A stretch of 64,000 nt of DNA. Origin: Leucoraja ocellata (lineage: Eukaryota). The translations under genes and the position numbers were made by a program. The notes under the pieces are model-generated. The model was given only the letters and a program-made list of their open reading frames with translations. It was not told the DNA's origin and made no database searches. Of this stretch, positions 39,140 to 53,392 are shown piece after piece. Numbering within the stretch: the stretch's first letter is position 1; each line of letters begins with the position of its first letter. The stretch lies in contig JAWMAR010000105.1 in the NCBI GenBank assembly GCA_036785375.1, positions 5,456,001 to 5,520,000 on the forward strand, written 5' to 3'.

Positions 39140-40085
39140 GGTCTTAAAATGTCCACTGCAACGTCTAATTTGCAATTACTCCGAAACACCTTGGAAAGGC
39201 GAAGGAAATTTGACATGTCTCCAATAATTCTTACCAATTTTACAACTGCAGCATAGAGAGCATCCTATGCATCAGGATGCATCACAGCTTGTATGGAAAC
39301 TGCTCTGCCCAAGACTGCATGAAAACACAGAGGTTTGAACGCAGCCCAATCCGTGGCACAAACCAGCCACCCCCTCATTAACTCCATCTTCATTCAGGCT
39401 GCCTTGGGGAAAGCAGCCAACATACTGTAGTCAAGGACGACTCACCCCCTGCTCACTCTTTCATCTCCTCTCTTCCGTCAGGCAGAAGATGCGAAATCTT
39501 GAAACCACATACCATCAGTTTCAAGCATGGCTTTTTCTATACTGTTTAGTTTAGTTCAGCGTAGTTTAGTTTAGAGATACCGGGCAGAACCAGGCCCTTC
39601 ACCAAGTCTGCGCCAACCAGGGACCCTCGCACACCCACACTATCCTACACACAATAGGGACAATTTACAACTTCACCAAGTCGATTAACCTACAAACCTG
39701 TACGACTTTGAAGTGTGGGAGGAAAGCGGAGCAGCTGGAGAAAACCCACGCAGGTCACGGGGAGAACAGACAAACTCCGCACAGACAGCAACCGCGTTCT
39801 GGATCAAAGCGGGTCTCTGGCGCAGTAAGGCAGCAACTCTACCGCTGCGCCACTGCGCCATCCTGTTATTGGACTTTTGAACAGATCTCTCAGTTGCCGG
39901 GGATTGAATTTCCGGATCTTCCAATCTACACCATTGAGGTCCTTGGACTTTTTATTTATCCACACTTTCTCCATGCTTGTGATACTAGATTCTGCAGTTT
40001 ATTTTTTGATATGATTTGCCTGGATATTAACACAAGACAACGTTATTCATTGTATCCTGATACAGCACACATGACAACCACAAGT
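39140..40085 (+). mobile_element. Rex1/Babar-like LINE fragment interrupted by a minus-strand V-SINE (~39545-39860)
   Basis: RT C-terminal remnants on both sides of the SINE. Confidence 0.6.
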
Positions 40086-42217
40086 CTTACCACATTTAAG
40101 CTGCTATATAACTGCAAACTGTTGCTGTTGCTTTAATACAAAGAAAGGAATTGGCTTTGACCAGCAACAGCTGTGAAGGGACCTCAAGTGTTCACTACAT
40201 TTATTAATTACTTTGATAATAATATAGAAGGATATATGTCTACAGTTACAGGTGACAGAGATTAGAGGCTCAATAAACCATGCAGATGGGAACATAAAAT
40301 CACAAAGAGACACTGACAGATTAAGTGCCAAAATCCTGGCAAATGGATTTGGCCACAGCTGCTCTGAGATCTGGACCAAAGGCGAATACATTTGAGTAAT
40401 TTTCAAAACATCCAAGGAAGTGTCAAACGCAGAGAGTTGGAATGGAAAAGGGAGGATTCATTGCTGCAGCTGAACAAAGACTTCATTAGAACTACTTCTG
40501 CAACATTGTCTCTTGTCCCTGGCACCGTGTTTGGGGAAGGATATATTTGTCATGGAATACAACGCTGTTACCAGGACTGCAAGAGTTCGATCACAAGGAG
40601 AGGTCACATAAACCAGCATTTATTCTCCTTTCAATATAAAATGTGGAACTTTGGGGCAGCCTTTAAATGAAAACCATGCATTAGACAATAGACAATAGAC
40701 AATAGGTGCAGGAGTAGGTCATTCGGCCCTTCGAGCCAGCACCGCCATTAAGGTAACTCTTTCTTCCCAAAAACCCTTTCTGGCTTAAGTCCCCCCTCCA
40801 CCACCTCCAGTTTTAATTCCATTTGGAATATTTTGGAGGACCAAGAAACCAAGAACCAAGAAAATATGATCATGGCTGATCATCCACAATCAGTACCCCG
40901 TTCCTGCCTTCTTGCCATATCTCCTGGCCCCGCTATCTTTAAGAGCTCTATCTAACTCTCTCTTGAAAGCATGCAGCAAATTGGCCTCCACTGCCTTCTG
41001 AGGCAGAGAATTCCACAGATCCACAACCCTCTGTGTGAAAAAGTTTTCCCTCATCTCCGTTCCAAATGGCTTACCCCTTATTCTTAAACTGTCAGGCTAG
41101 GAGGGTCTGAAGAAGGGTCCTGACCCGAAACATTACCTATTCCTTTTCTTCAGAGATGCTGCCTGACCTGCTGAGTTACTTCAGCATTTTGTGTCTACTT
41201 TTGGTGTAAACCCAGCATCTGCAGTTCCTTCTTACACATGTTGACCACCTTGGTTCTGTTACATTAACTAATTATAATCTTTCAACCTCGTATCCGAAAC
41301 GTACAGTTGGCACGGCCTCCAGAGATTCCCAGGAACTTGCTGTTACTCATTATAAAAATAAACGTGTCATTATTATTTTGTGCTCTCCAAAGAGAGGATA
41401 TAGGGTTGTATCAACCCGCCCTATCACACCCTTAAGTGACGATATTCACCTCAATCTCTATTCCTTTAGTCTTGCAGATTTAACAGATCGCAAATGTGGT
41501 CCATGTATTCTGGCTTATTTTTATTTGAACACTTCCAGCCGTGTCCTGATCAATCTGTTCTGCACTCAATCCCATGCAGAATGATTCTGTAAGACCTATG
41601 ATTTTTTGGAACTGAATGCAATAATCCACATGGGGGTCTAAACACAGCACTGTGTGGCCGATACAAATATTCCATCTTTCTCCAGCGAGCTCTCTTGAGA
41701 TGAAAGTACTTTCGTTTGTTTTTGTACCTGACCACTAGCCTTTAGACTTTAGACATTAGATATCCAGCCAGGTGTCTATCTTTGGTATAAACTAGCATCT
41801 GCGGTTCTTTCCTGCTCACTTTATTCCTCAGAGTGCAGGAGGATGAGGGGTGATTTTATAGTGGTGTACAAAATCATGAGAGGATGAGATCAGGTAAATG
41901 CACTTTTCCCAGAGTTTTTTGCCCAGAGTTGGGGAATTGAGAACCAGTGGACATGGGTTTAAGGTGAACGGGAGAAGGATTCAATAGGAAGTTGAGGGGT
42001 AACTTTTTTACACAAAGGTTGGTGGGTGTATGGAACGAGCTGCCATAGTTGAGGCAGGTACTATCACAACATTTAAGTCACATGTAGACAGGTAGATAGA
42101 AGGGATAGGTTTAGAGGGATATGAGACAAACACAAGCAAGTGGTACTAGCCTGGATGGGGCATGTGGCTCAGCATGGGCAAGTTGGGCCAATATTACCAA
42201 TTCCACCAAAGAATGCT

Positions 42218-42547
42218 TAATTTAATTTAGTTTAGTTTAGTTTAATTTAGTTTAGTTTAGTTTAGTTTAGAGATACAGCACAGAAACAGGCCCTTAGGTC
42301 CACCGAGTCCACACCGTCCAGCGATCGCCCATACACTAGTTCTATCCTACATGCGAGGGACAATTTACAGAAGCCAATTAACCAACAAACATGCACGTCT
42401 TAGGAATGTAGGAAGAAACCGGAGCACCCGGAAAAATCCACGCAGTCACCGTACGTACAAACTCCATGCAGACAGCACCCATAGCCAGGATCGAACCCGG
42501 GTCTCTGGCGCTGTAAGGCAGCTATTCTACTGCTGCGCCCCTGTGCC
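42218..42547 (-). mobile_element. V-SINE
   Basis: Long (tttag)n tail, core and head. Confidence 0.88.
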
Positions 42548-42585
42548 GTCCAAATTTCTCATAAATAAATCTTTTGGTCTATATT

Positions 42586-42820
42586 TAACCATATAACCAT
42601 ATAACCATATAACAATTACAGCACGGAAACAGGCCATCTCGGCCCTACAAGTCCATGCCGAACAAATTTTTTTCCCCTTAGTCCCACCTGCCTGCACTCG
42701 TACCATAACCCTCCATTCCCTTCTCATCCATATGCCTATCCAATTTATTTTTAAATGATACCAATGAACCTGCCTCCACCACTTCCACTGGGAGCTCATT
42801 CCACACCGCCACCACTCTCT
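42586..42820 (-). mobile_element. CR1 3' end, same young subfamily as 5978-8125
   Basis: (TATAACCA)n tail and near-identical 3' sequence. Confidence 0.88.
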
Positions 42821-45800
42821 GCGATTTCTTAGATCTTTAGTAATGACGGCAAATTTCCTGCATGGTTTTGTAGGAAAATCTATCAATTCCTTTTTTACTA
42901 CTTTTGGTAAACATTTGGCTTCCAATTGCATAATTTACAGTGTTTAATATAGTGTTGTCAGCAAATTTGGACAAATGACTCAAATAATCAAAGAGTACAT
43001 TAATAAAAATAACATTTCTATTGAACAGACTAACAGTTTGTGACTGTACAGCACTTGGAAATGCTTTCCCCTTTGGTCAGAAGTGATCGGACAATTTCCT
43101 GTCTATATCAGAGGATTATAGCTCAGGAAATCTTCGGGGAAATTTCTTTTTGAAAAGCTCAATCTTCTGCTAAAGCCTATTTGGCTTGTGTTTCATTCCT
43201 GAGAAGCACGCAGTGGACTTTGAAGAACAGACTTTCAGGAAGCAGGCAGCTCATTTAACAAGGATTATCAAACAATAACTAAAATTACCTTCCTGGGAGC
43301 TCTCAAAACATTTATTAGATTGCACAGTTGCTGTCTCCGTCAAACTCGATGATCTTGTAGAATGTGTAAATCAGTGCGGGACTAATGCCTGCCTCTTAGT
43401 GAAAGATATAACTCTGATACATAAGCTATCTGCCAAGTGGCCTTCATCAGCATCATTGCTATCGTTACCCCTTCTGTGTCGAGGCAGTGAGTTCAGAAGG
43501 AAATACAACAAGAGGGAATAACAAGATTAGACCTGCTATCATTATATTTCACTTCCATGACTTTGATCTGGAGGTATTTCTGCATTTCAACTCACCGGGA
43601 TAATCTCAACAGATGAATATTTGCATACCTGAGCAGACAACATGATAATCCAAGCTGGATGAGGCGTTGCAGCTGTGAAGTCTACCTCTGATCTATTTTT
43701 CTCCCTTTAAAATCCATGAATGATTTTGTGCATCAGGATGAGAACAGATACATTAGCTTACATAAACATGAGACTTAAGTGTTTTGCTTCCTGACAACAT
43801 GAAAGCCTTTCAGCATGTGACTAACTAGGTCAATATCCTCAAAGCTGGCAGCTTGAATAGACACACGTGTAGTTATGGAGCAAATAAACCCCACACATTT
43901 CTTTTGTCATTGAAATACCACAAAGCTGCTTATTTGCTCATTTGGTCTAAAAATGGTTTTCCCAGCCTGACAGATTTTGTAATATTCTTGCAACCTAGAA
44001 AATATGCATAAAGCACACAGCGGGAAATGTGATGCTCAATTGTCTTGATACATAGGGAATAAAATATCTCACCAATTTGGGCTGGGTTTTTTGTTAGAAC
44101 TACAAATATGGGCGGCCTGGTGGCACAGTGTTCGATCCTGACTACAGGTGCTGTCTGTACGGATTTAGTATGTTTTCCTTGCGACTGCGTGGGTTTTCCC
44201 CGGGTGCTCCGGTTTGCTCCCACACTCCAAAGACGTGTGAAGGACAAGGTTATGGACGGTATAAACAGAATTCATTTGTTGTCTGGGGGGCAGGGTCTGC
44301 TTTCAGAAAGCAGTCAAAATCAGGAAGTAGATCCTCAGTCGATGCACAGTGGCCCAGCGGTAGAGTTGCTGCCTAACAGCGCCAGAGACCCAGCTTCAAT
44401 CCTGACTACAGGTGCTGTCCGTACGGTGTTCATAGTTCTCCCTGGGCTTCTCCCGGTGCTCCGGTTTTGTCCCACACTGCAAAGTCGTTGTGAAGGACAA
44501 ATGCAATTGTGAAACAAGAAAATGAAGTCGAATGGGTAACAGGACATCTGGGATTGAGATGTGTTTGTTAGTTGTTATATGACCATTCCGAAGAAGACAA
44601 ATGCTTAAGTGCCTGCAACAGAAAAAGCTAGATTGCAGCCAGTGATTACTGCATTTGATGCTCTCAAATAAAGTCTTGATTGCCTTGTCCAATCTTGTGG
44701 TGTATTTAACGTTTTCTTCAACAACATTGGTAGGTTCATTGGCTTTTGTAAAAAAAAAATTGTCCCTAGTGCCTAGTTTAGCACTAGGATAGTGTACAGG
44801 TGACTACTGGTCGGCACTGACTCGATGGGCTGAAAGGCCTGTTTCCATGCTGTGTCTCTAAACTAAACTAAACTAAACACCTTATATTTTACACCAAGGG
44901 CTTTTATTTTATAACGGTTTGTTCCCTACGAACAATCCTTCCATCAAATAGTAACTGGACTAAAGCTCCAGACCGCTTGAGCAGCACTAAGCCGGTGTAT
45001 GAGAACACGCTTCCTTTCATTTCAATGGAATGGAGCTCAACATCCACTCTGTATCAGACCTCCTGAGAGCAGACCCAGTAGCTGCCTTCCATATCAGGGG
45101 TGCTTAGTACAGGAAAATCAAATCACAAAAGCTCTGCCTGAGAGAGACACCTTATTATTCAATTCAAGGACTCAATGATTCAATGAGACTTTGACTGCAT
45201 TCAATGAGCCTTTGACAGCACCGGGCCTCTACTCGCTGGTGTTCAGAAGGCTGAGACCTCATTGAAACTTACCGTATAGTGAAAGGACTGGATAGCGTGG
45301 ATATGGAGAAGATGGTTCCACTAGTGAGAGAGTCTAGGACCAGAGGTCATAGCCTCAGAATTAAAGGACGTTCTTTTAGGAAGGAGATGAGGAGGAAATT
45401 CTTTCGTCAAACGATGGTGAATCTGTGGAATTCATTCAAGACTGTGAGGGCCATGAATGGATAACGAAGGCAGAGATAGATAGATTATTGATTAATAAGG
45501 GTGTCAGGGTTATGGGGAAAAGGAATGATTGAATGGTGGAGTAGACTTGATGGGCCGAATGGCCTAGTTCTGCTCCTATCACATGAACTTTATTGCCACA
45601 TGTACCTAGGTACAGCGAAATACTTTGTTTTGTATACAACCCAGTAAAATATTACAGCAGACCTCACCTCGACAGTACACGAGTGTCGGGCACATTTTGG
45701 GGCCAACAAAGTTACAAAAGTTCATCAAACAGCCTGCCTAATGCTTGCGACCGCACATGGCAGCTGCACCCCACCCCTCCCCTCCCCTCCTCTCCCTGCC

Positions 45801-46579
45801 GGGTCCCCTTCCATCTTGACGGCCCCCTGCTGAGCCCCCCCCACCCCCATTGTTATTGACGCCCCCCCCCCCCGCCCCGCCAGGCCCCCCCCATTGTTCT
45901 CGACAGTTTGCCTGTTCTCTCTCGATGGCATGGGTCAGTGCCATCAATGCTAGTGGCTCGGGGCTGTGTCCAGAGTCCACAGTCTGTGAGCCGTGCATAC
46001 CGGTGGGTCACCTGCCGTTGGTCCGCAATGGGTGATCGTTCTGTGGCGAGCTGGTCCTCCGCTGTCGGTCACCGTACATCTTTCAATTGAAATGAGAAAA
46101 CGTTCATCCAATTCACATTCATCAGACTTCCTCAATTTTAATGTGCTGGATCTTTTAGGTGTAGTCATTTTCTGCACTTTTTTGTCTGATTTGGGTCACG
46201 CAACCTATGTTAACAAATTGTAATTAATCCCCAGCATGTCCATGAAGGCTTATAAAGGAATGAGCAGGGTGGAGTGACTCAGAGAACAAACTTCACAAGC
46301 ATGTTAGAGATTAGAAATGCCAAAGACAACAGAACTGCTAGCAAATGTTGTATACTTTATGCAGAGTTCCAGCGGGCTCAAACCAGCCGGTGGGATGGGC
46401 AGACTTTTGGCGGATGACGTTCAGATGACAGTCAGGTATGAGTTATTACATTCCGGTAGAAAAGACAACATGTGTAAACCTATGCTGCTGGATTAATTAA
46501 TTGTGGTAAATTATTCTTTAATGTATGTAAGTGGCAGCAAGAATCAAAGTGGAGTTGATGAGAGAGTAAGAAAGTAAGT

Positions 46580-47505
46580 GGGCAGCTCCGTGGCTCAGTG
46601 GCTCAGTGGAAGAGTTTCTGCCTTACAGCGCCAGAGTCCCGGTTTTGATCCTGACCACAGGTGCTGTCTGTAGGGCGTTAGTACTTTCTCTCTGTGACTG
46701 CGTGGGTTTTCTCCGGGTGCTCCGTTTCCTCCCACACTCCAAAGACGTACACGTTTATAGGTTAATTGGCTCTGAAGACTGCAACAACCAGGTTCAGGAA
46801 TAGTTACTTCCCCACAGCCACCAGCCATAAGTCAATAATGACTTACTTTTGATGAAATTCAGCGAGCAAACGCGATAATTCCCGATATTTTGGACCTTTA
46901 AATCTCCACGGCAAATGTCAGCTGTTCACTTCCGCTGTTTTTCCACCTTCAGTTCCCTCTTGTAATTACCTTACTTTCTATCTTTTTTTTTGCCTGAAAA
47001 TTTAGGTCGCTGTGCTTCATGGTCACCCCGACTAGCACAGGAAATTTCAGCTCAAAAATCGGCCGTTTTCCATGTTTTTAACGGGTGTGAAAGTGCGTGT
47101 TTCCCCATTCACTAACATGTACCGAAGTGACATATGTCCTCCAGTTAAATTTTTCGGTCACGTGAGGGGGGATCTACGCTCATTTTAACTTTGGTGACAT
47201 CACCCTATAACCAATTATCTGTTATTTGCACTTTATAATTTTATTTATTCATGTGTATATATATTTATATTACTGTATGTGGACACATTGATCTGTTTTG
47301 CAGTAAATGCCTACTATGTTCTGTGTGCTGAAGCAAAGCAAGAATTTCATTGTCCTATCAGGGACACATGACAATAAACTCACTTGAACTTGAACGTGAA
47401 ATTGTCCATTGTGTGTGTGGTTTAGTCTATGGTGTGATCGCCGGTGGGCCAAAGGACCCGTTTCCTTCCTCACTACAGCTCTCAAGTCTTAAATCTAACC
47501 TCTAA
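46580..47505 (+). mobile_element. V-SINE containing a Rex1-like LINE tail that itself contains a DNA-transposon fragment
   Basis: SINE 46580-46775 resumes at ~47398; LINE tail ends (ACTTGA)n; inner fragment ~46826-47206 ends ggtgacatcacccta. Confidence 0.55.
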
Positions 47506-49789
47506 AGTGGTAGAGCTATAAGGAAATAAGGAGAGAGGGAAATAGGACTGATGGATAGCTTTATTGGGAGGTGGCATAGATTTAATGGGCCAAATGTTCC
47601 CATTCTGTGACGTACTAAATAAATAACAAGGCAGTGACAAAATCAGAGACATGGGATTAATTCATTCTCCACAGACCCTGCCTCATACGCTGAGCACTTC
47701 CACCACATGTTTTATTTCAGATTCTATCTAAGAACATTGGCTATAAGAGCAAGGGTCGGCTATTCAGCCCATTGGGACTGCACTGTCATGCAATGGCTGA
47801 CCCTCTCTACGCCATTTTTCTGCTATTAATCCCATTCAATGGATTTTTAAAAATATCCATAAATCTATTTGTATCAATTTTGAACACTATCAAAGGCTAG
47901 CCCTCTATTTCCCTTCTAGGTAAAGAATTCTAAAGATTCACGCCTTCGGATTGAAGACATTACTTGAAATCTCTGTCCAAAATAGGCAGCACAGTGGCGC
48001 AGCGGCAGTTGTGCCATTGTGTTGCATTTAGTTGTAGGAATATGTTGTAGAAAATGCAGCAGTTTGCAACTTAATGGACTGTTCTTTGTTAGAGATAGTA
48101 TGGATGCAATGAATTGAATGGGTTCTTACTTTTTTTAGACACAGCACATATGTAATGGACTGAATGGCCTCCTTCAGTATTAGTTGATTCAATGAATCTA
48201 GATTTCACTTCTCTGATGGAACAGCTTGAGACATGACATTTGCAAATATGAATCTGACAGCCAATCTTCCGCATTTTCCTTTGCATCAGCAGGACCGAGG
48301 GAACTGGCATTGAGAATTATTTGAACATCCAATATTTGTTTAAAAAAGGCCATTTCCAGAATAATTCAAACAGATCAAAGATGCTGAGAGAATGGATCAG
48401 CTTTGCTGAGTCACCTTTAATGAAAGCAGCATTGAACAGAGGGGACTTTGAATGTCAGAGAATAAAGAAATACTCACCAGAAATAGCTGATGTGTACAAA
48501 CTGTAAAACATGCCAGTTCAAAGTGATATTTAATCTAAGGAGAGCAAGACAAAGCCATGTTTTACACTGGCAGAAAGAACTTGGGTTTATGCAAAATGTG
48601 TCATGGCTCCATTGAGAGGTAAATTTTACATGCATTATAACTTGAATTTTTATTTTTAGTTCATTTTGAACCATGTGTCAGTTTGATTTTGTGATTCACA
48701 AACATCAGGTAGTTTGTATAGAACTGAAGCATCATAGAGTCATATAGCATTGAAATAGGCCAAACGGCACGTCTGGCCAAGGTGTCCCATCTACACTAGT
48801 CCATTTGCCCACGTTTGGCCTATATTCTTCTCAAGTTTCTTTTTTAACCATGTACCTGTTAAAGTGCCTTTTAAATGCTGTTGAAGTACCCGCCTCAACT
48901 ACCCTCTCTGGCAGCTTGTTCCATACACCCACCACCCTTTCAGCACAGAGTTTGTACATTCTGCTTGCGACGGCGTGGGTTTTCCCCGGGTGCTCCGGTT
49001 TCCTCCCACACTCCAAAGACATACAGGTTAGTAGGTTGATTGTCCCTAGTGTGTAGGATGGGCAGCAACTCTACATCTGCATCAAGGTGCCGCGGAAGAG
49101 GACAGAAGGGAACAACGCTACAGATGAGATGATTGACACAGGTGGCGAGGGGGACGGGGCCACAGGTTGTTGATTCTCTAGTCTGCAGTCGCTTGTGCCT
49201 TGTCGGGTAATACTATCACCCTGACTATCAGCTGGGGATTTAGGTTTCACTTCAAAGAATGAACATGAATATGGAAGCTACCTCACCCTGCAGGAATGAG
49301 AACATCCCACAGGGCTGTAGTTGCCAATTTCCAATAGGACATGACACCAATGACTGAGTGTGTATGAAGGTAAAAATATAACATGCCGCTATTTTGGAGA
49401 GCGAGAGGTTTATCCCCTGGTGTACCTGCCAAATTTATTGTCCACTCAGCAATATTATAAAGGAATTATGTGATTATTATCACACGCCAGCTCAGGGTTT
49501 TTTTTCCCTGCAGATTGTGTCCACGCTGGTCTCTGTCACTCTTCCTCGGTTGGGTTACCACCCCACCTGCCCACAGTTCAATGGTATCTTGGCTCTTGGA
49601 ATCTCTGGCAAAGCAACAACTGGCACAACATCACAGGCACTGATATTCAAGGGACGCAACTGTCACTAGGTAAATGTAGGAAGGCAGGCGCATGACGGAT
49701 AATCACATGTAACGTGATCAGATGTCCAGCATCAAAACATCTCATCATCAAACATGGAAGATCTCCAACTAGGAAACTAGAACAACCCA

Positions 49790-49970
49790 GCTCCTTCTCA
49801 AATGACCGCCTCATATCTCACTCGTCCTTCTGAAAGGGCGAAGGAGATCTCAGTTTAACGACTTATGTGAAGGAGAACACGTCTAATGTTATCAGCCGAG
49901 AGCGTGTGATTAAAGCTCAGAGCAGGAGCTTAAATCCACTTTGTTCAGACTGAGTGAGACACTGGGCTAA
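49790..49970 (-). mobile_element. Possible degraded DeuSINE-like (SacSINE1/AmnSINE1-type) remnant
   Basis: ctcagtttaacgacttatgtgaag...atcagccgagag...ggagcttaaatccac resembles the reverse complement of the Deu domain and head as remembered; heavily diverged. Confidence 0.3.
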
Positions 49971-50536
49971 GTACACACAGTACAGACCGCATTCACCAGG
50001 TGCATGGAATAGGTCACATGCAAGGGTTTAGGTTTGTTGTCAAGTGTACTGGGGTACAGTGAAAAGCCTGGTTTTGCATGTTATCAGATAATACAATACC
50101 TAAATACAATCAAGTCAACCACAAGTACAATAGGTAAAGCGAAGGGGAGGATACAGTGCAGAATATGCAGCATTGTAGCGAATCAGTTCCAGAGACAAAG
50201 TCCAATGTCTGCAAAGGGATAGAAGTGAATCCCAGCTGATGGAAGGACTGTTCAGAAGCCTGATGCTGCTCCTAAGGCTGGTGGTGGGCACCTTCAAGCT
50301 TATTTACCCTCTGCCCGACTGAAGCAGGGAGAAGAAGGAATGACCAGGGTGGAACAAGTCATTGATTATGCTGGCTGCTTTTCCGAAGCAGCTTGCAATG
50401 TAGATGGAGTCAATGATGGGAGGCTCAGACTGCGTGAAGGACTGGACTACATTTACAGCCCTCAGCAATTACTTGCGGTCTTGGGCAGAGCTGTCCCTAA
50501 TCAAATTATGATACCAACCAACAATGTGCTTTCTAT

Positions 50537-50787
50537 GTGTAAGAAGGAACTGCACATGCTGGTTTATACCGAAGATAGACACAAAATGTTGGAGAAACTC
50601 CACGGGTCAGGCAGCATCTCTGGAGAAAAGGAATAGGTGACGTTTCAAATCGGAACCCTTCTTCAGACTGCGGAAAAGTCCCCGGTCGGAAGAAGGATTC
50701 TGACCCGAATGCCACCTATTCCTTTTCTCCAGAGGTGCTGCCTGACCCACTGAGTTACTCCAGCATTTTGTGTCTATCTTCAGTATG
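50537..50787. mobile_element. Inverted pair of Penelope-like termini
   Basis: Two ~100-bp arms are reverse complements of each other; hammerhead core at 50639-50666 (minus) and a degenerate core at ~50688-50713 (plus). Confidence 0.65.
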
Positions 50788-50879
50788 ATTTCCAATGATG
50801 ACCTGGCTGGTAGATTGTAGGGATGTGCATGAATTAGGCACTATTTGCTCTATAAGTATTATGTCAAGATATTGAACAG

Positions 50880-51285
50880 AGTACACAAAAATGCTGGAGA
50901 AACTCAGCGGGTGCAGCAGCATCTATGGAGCGAAGGAAATAGGCAACGTTTCGAGCCGAAACCCTTCTTCAGCCTGATAGGGGGGTGGCGGAGAGAGGAA
51001 AGGAAAAAGGAGGAGGAGGAGCCCGAGGGCTGAGGGGTGGGAGGAGACAGCAAGGGCTAACAAAATTGGGAGAATTCAATGTTCATGCCCGCAGGATGCA
51101 GACTCCCCAAGCGGAATATGAGGTGCTGTTCCTCCAATTTCCGGTGTTGCTCACTCTGGCCATGGAGGAGACCCAGGACAGAGAGGTCGGACGGGGAATG
51201 GGAGGGGGAGTTGAAGTGCTGAGCCACTGGGAGGTCAGATAGGTTCTTGCGGACCGAGCGGAGGTGTTCGGCGAAACGATCGTTA
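50880..51285 (-). mobile_element. Penelope-like element 3' end with GIY-YIG remnant and hammerhead core (50945-50972)
   Basis: DRFAEHLRSVRKN.SDLPVAQHFNSPSH...RKLEEQHLIFRLGSLHPAGMNIEFS; CUGAAGA-A-GGGU(UUCG)GCUC-GAAACGUU. Confidence 0.8.
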
Positions 51286-52292
51286 CTGATCGAGTTAGAA
51301 AATGCTGGAAACATTCAGCTGGACAGGTTGTATCTGTGGTAAGATAAAGAGAGAAAGACACAAATGCTGGAGCAACTCAGCGGGTTAGGCAGAAGAACAT
51401 GGATAGTTCGGCTCTGTTTCCTGTTCTTGGTTCAGATTTCTAGCATCTACAAGTTCTGCTTCTCATTTATTGACAAACTCATTCCTAGCTTTATCACATT
51501 AGATATTGGACCCATAACAGAACAAACTTTCGATTGTTTTGGGACTGTTTGCAAATGCAGACTCTGAGCTGTTTTGTAAAGACACAGGCCTCAGGTTGGA
51601 TATTTGCCTTGGGTAATAGGATAGGGAAATGAAGGCAATTTTCATATTTTGCTCATTTTTATTACGCCCAGTAACAGATGAACTATTACTCTGCTGCCAA
51701 AGAGCATGCAACTTCAAGACCGTAATTGTTTACATTCGTTTAGTCAATCAGAGTCATTTACAAATCAGACTGGCATTTTCTCTCCTTTTTTAAATATTAA
51801 AGGCTATGTATCTATTTGTTAAACATCAAACGAGGGTGATTCAAAGTTCACTTGCACTGCTAACTAACTGCAGTAGTGTATTTTCCGTAACAACTAGATA
51901 AAAGGAACAGAGAAGATGTGTTTGCATATTACTAAAATAATATGGGTGACTGCCTCTGAATGTTAAACTACAGAGAAACTGTAGTAACACTTCAATAACA
52001 CCACACCACGGCTCATCCGTCTCCCTCCCCTTTTAAACACCCGCAGTACCTTTAAACCCACCAGGATCACTGGAAAATGTATTATACGACAATGTATTCA
52101 ATGGTACTTTATTTTCGACAAGAGTCCCGCGTTTCTGGTACCATTGTGTATGATTCAAGTTCAAAGTTGTTAAAAATGTAACTAGTGAGAAACAGAATCT
52201 GCTTTTCGAGCACCAAGATCTTCACGGTGCCAGGTTACTGCCGTTTTTCTGTAGCTGGAGCATCAATAGGCAAAGAGTATGGGCAGATGTTT

Positions 52293-52622
52293 GGGGCAGC
52301 ACGGTGATGCAGCGGCAGAGTTGCTGCCTTACTGTGCCAGGGACCCGGGTTCGATCCTGACCTCGGGTGCTGTCTGTGTGGAGTTCGCACGTTCTCCCTG
52401 TGACCACGTGGGTTTCCTCTGCGTGCTTAGGTTTCCTCCCACATCCCAAAGGCATGCGGGTTTGTAGGTTATTGGGCCTCTGTAAACTGCCCTTAATGTT
52501 TAGGGAGTGGATGAGAAAGTGGGATAAGACAGAACGAGTGTGAACGGATGATCGATGGTCGGTGTGGACTTGGTGGGCCTAAGGGCCTATTTCCACGCTG
52601 TATCTCTAAACTAAACTAAACT
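52293..52622 (+). mobile_element. V-SINE
   Basis: Full element. Confidence 0.88.
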
Positions 52623-53392
52623 CCAGTCACAAATGTTTTCCCATTGAATGGCCACGACTTTAGCTTTATGTGGATTTCTTGATACCACACTGATAAGGTC
52701 ATAAATCATAAGTGATAGGAGTAGAATTAGGCCACTCGGACCTACTCCGCCATTCAATCATGGCTGATCTGTCTCTCCATCCTAACCCCATTCTCCTGCC
52801 TTCTCCCCATAACCTCTGACACCTGTACTAATCAAGAATCTATCAATCTTTGCCTTAAAAATATCCATTGACTTGGCCTCTACAGCCATCCGTGGCAAAG
52901 AATTCCACAGATTCACCACACCTCTGAACACTGCCTTGACATCAAGACCATTACTTCACTGCTGGAGTTCAGCCCATTCATCCGTGTTTCAACCAGTGCT
53001 ATGAGTTGAGTAGACCTGGTGGCACCCAAACCATGTACTGGTGAGCGGGGTGTTGGGGATCAGAGGTCGCTTCTCAGCTCTTTGTCGACTGCAAAGTCAC
53101 TGAAGACTGAGAATGAGACATGTTGGCAGTTATTATTGGGATAGGATTTGTCCTGCTTATTGTGAACAGGGCATAGCTGGGAAATTTGCCATGTAGTCAG
53201 GTACATGCCAGTGCTGTAATTGTATTGGAACAGCTCGCTGTACAAACAAGGCCAATCACCATTGATGGCAGTGCCAGAACGGTGTGATGAGGCAGCTACA
53301 TTATGTGATCAATGATAATATTCACAATGTATCCTGCTCCCCTTACTGTCCATATTCATTCACTCGGGTGAATTATTGGGTCAAACAGTATT

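Noticed and set aside
41550-41735. Basic minus-strand ORF considered as an exon
   Set aside because: It resembles a decayed CR1 RT segment (LY...V.RP...Y..QF).
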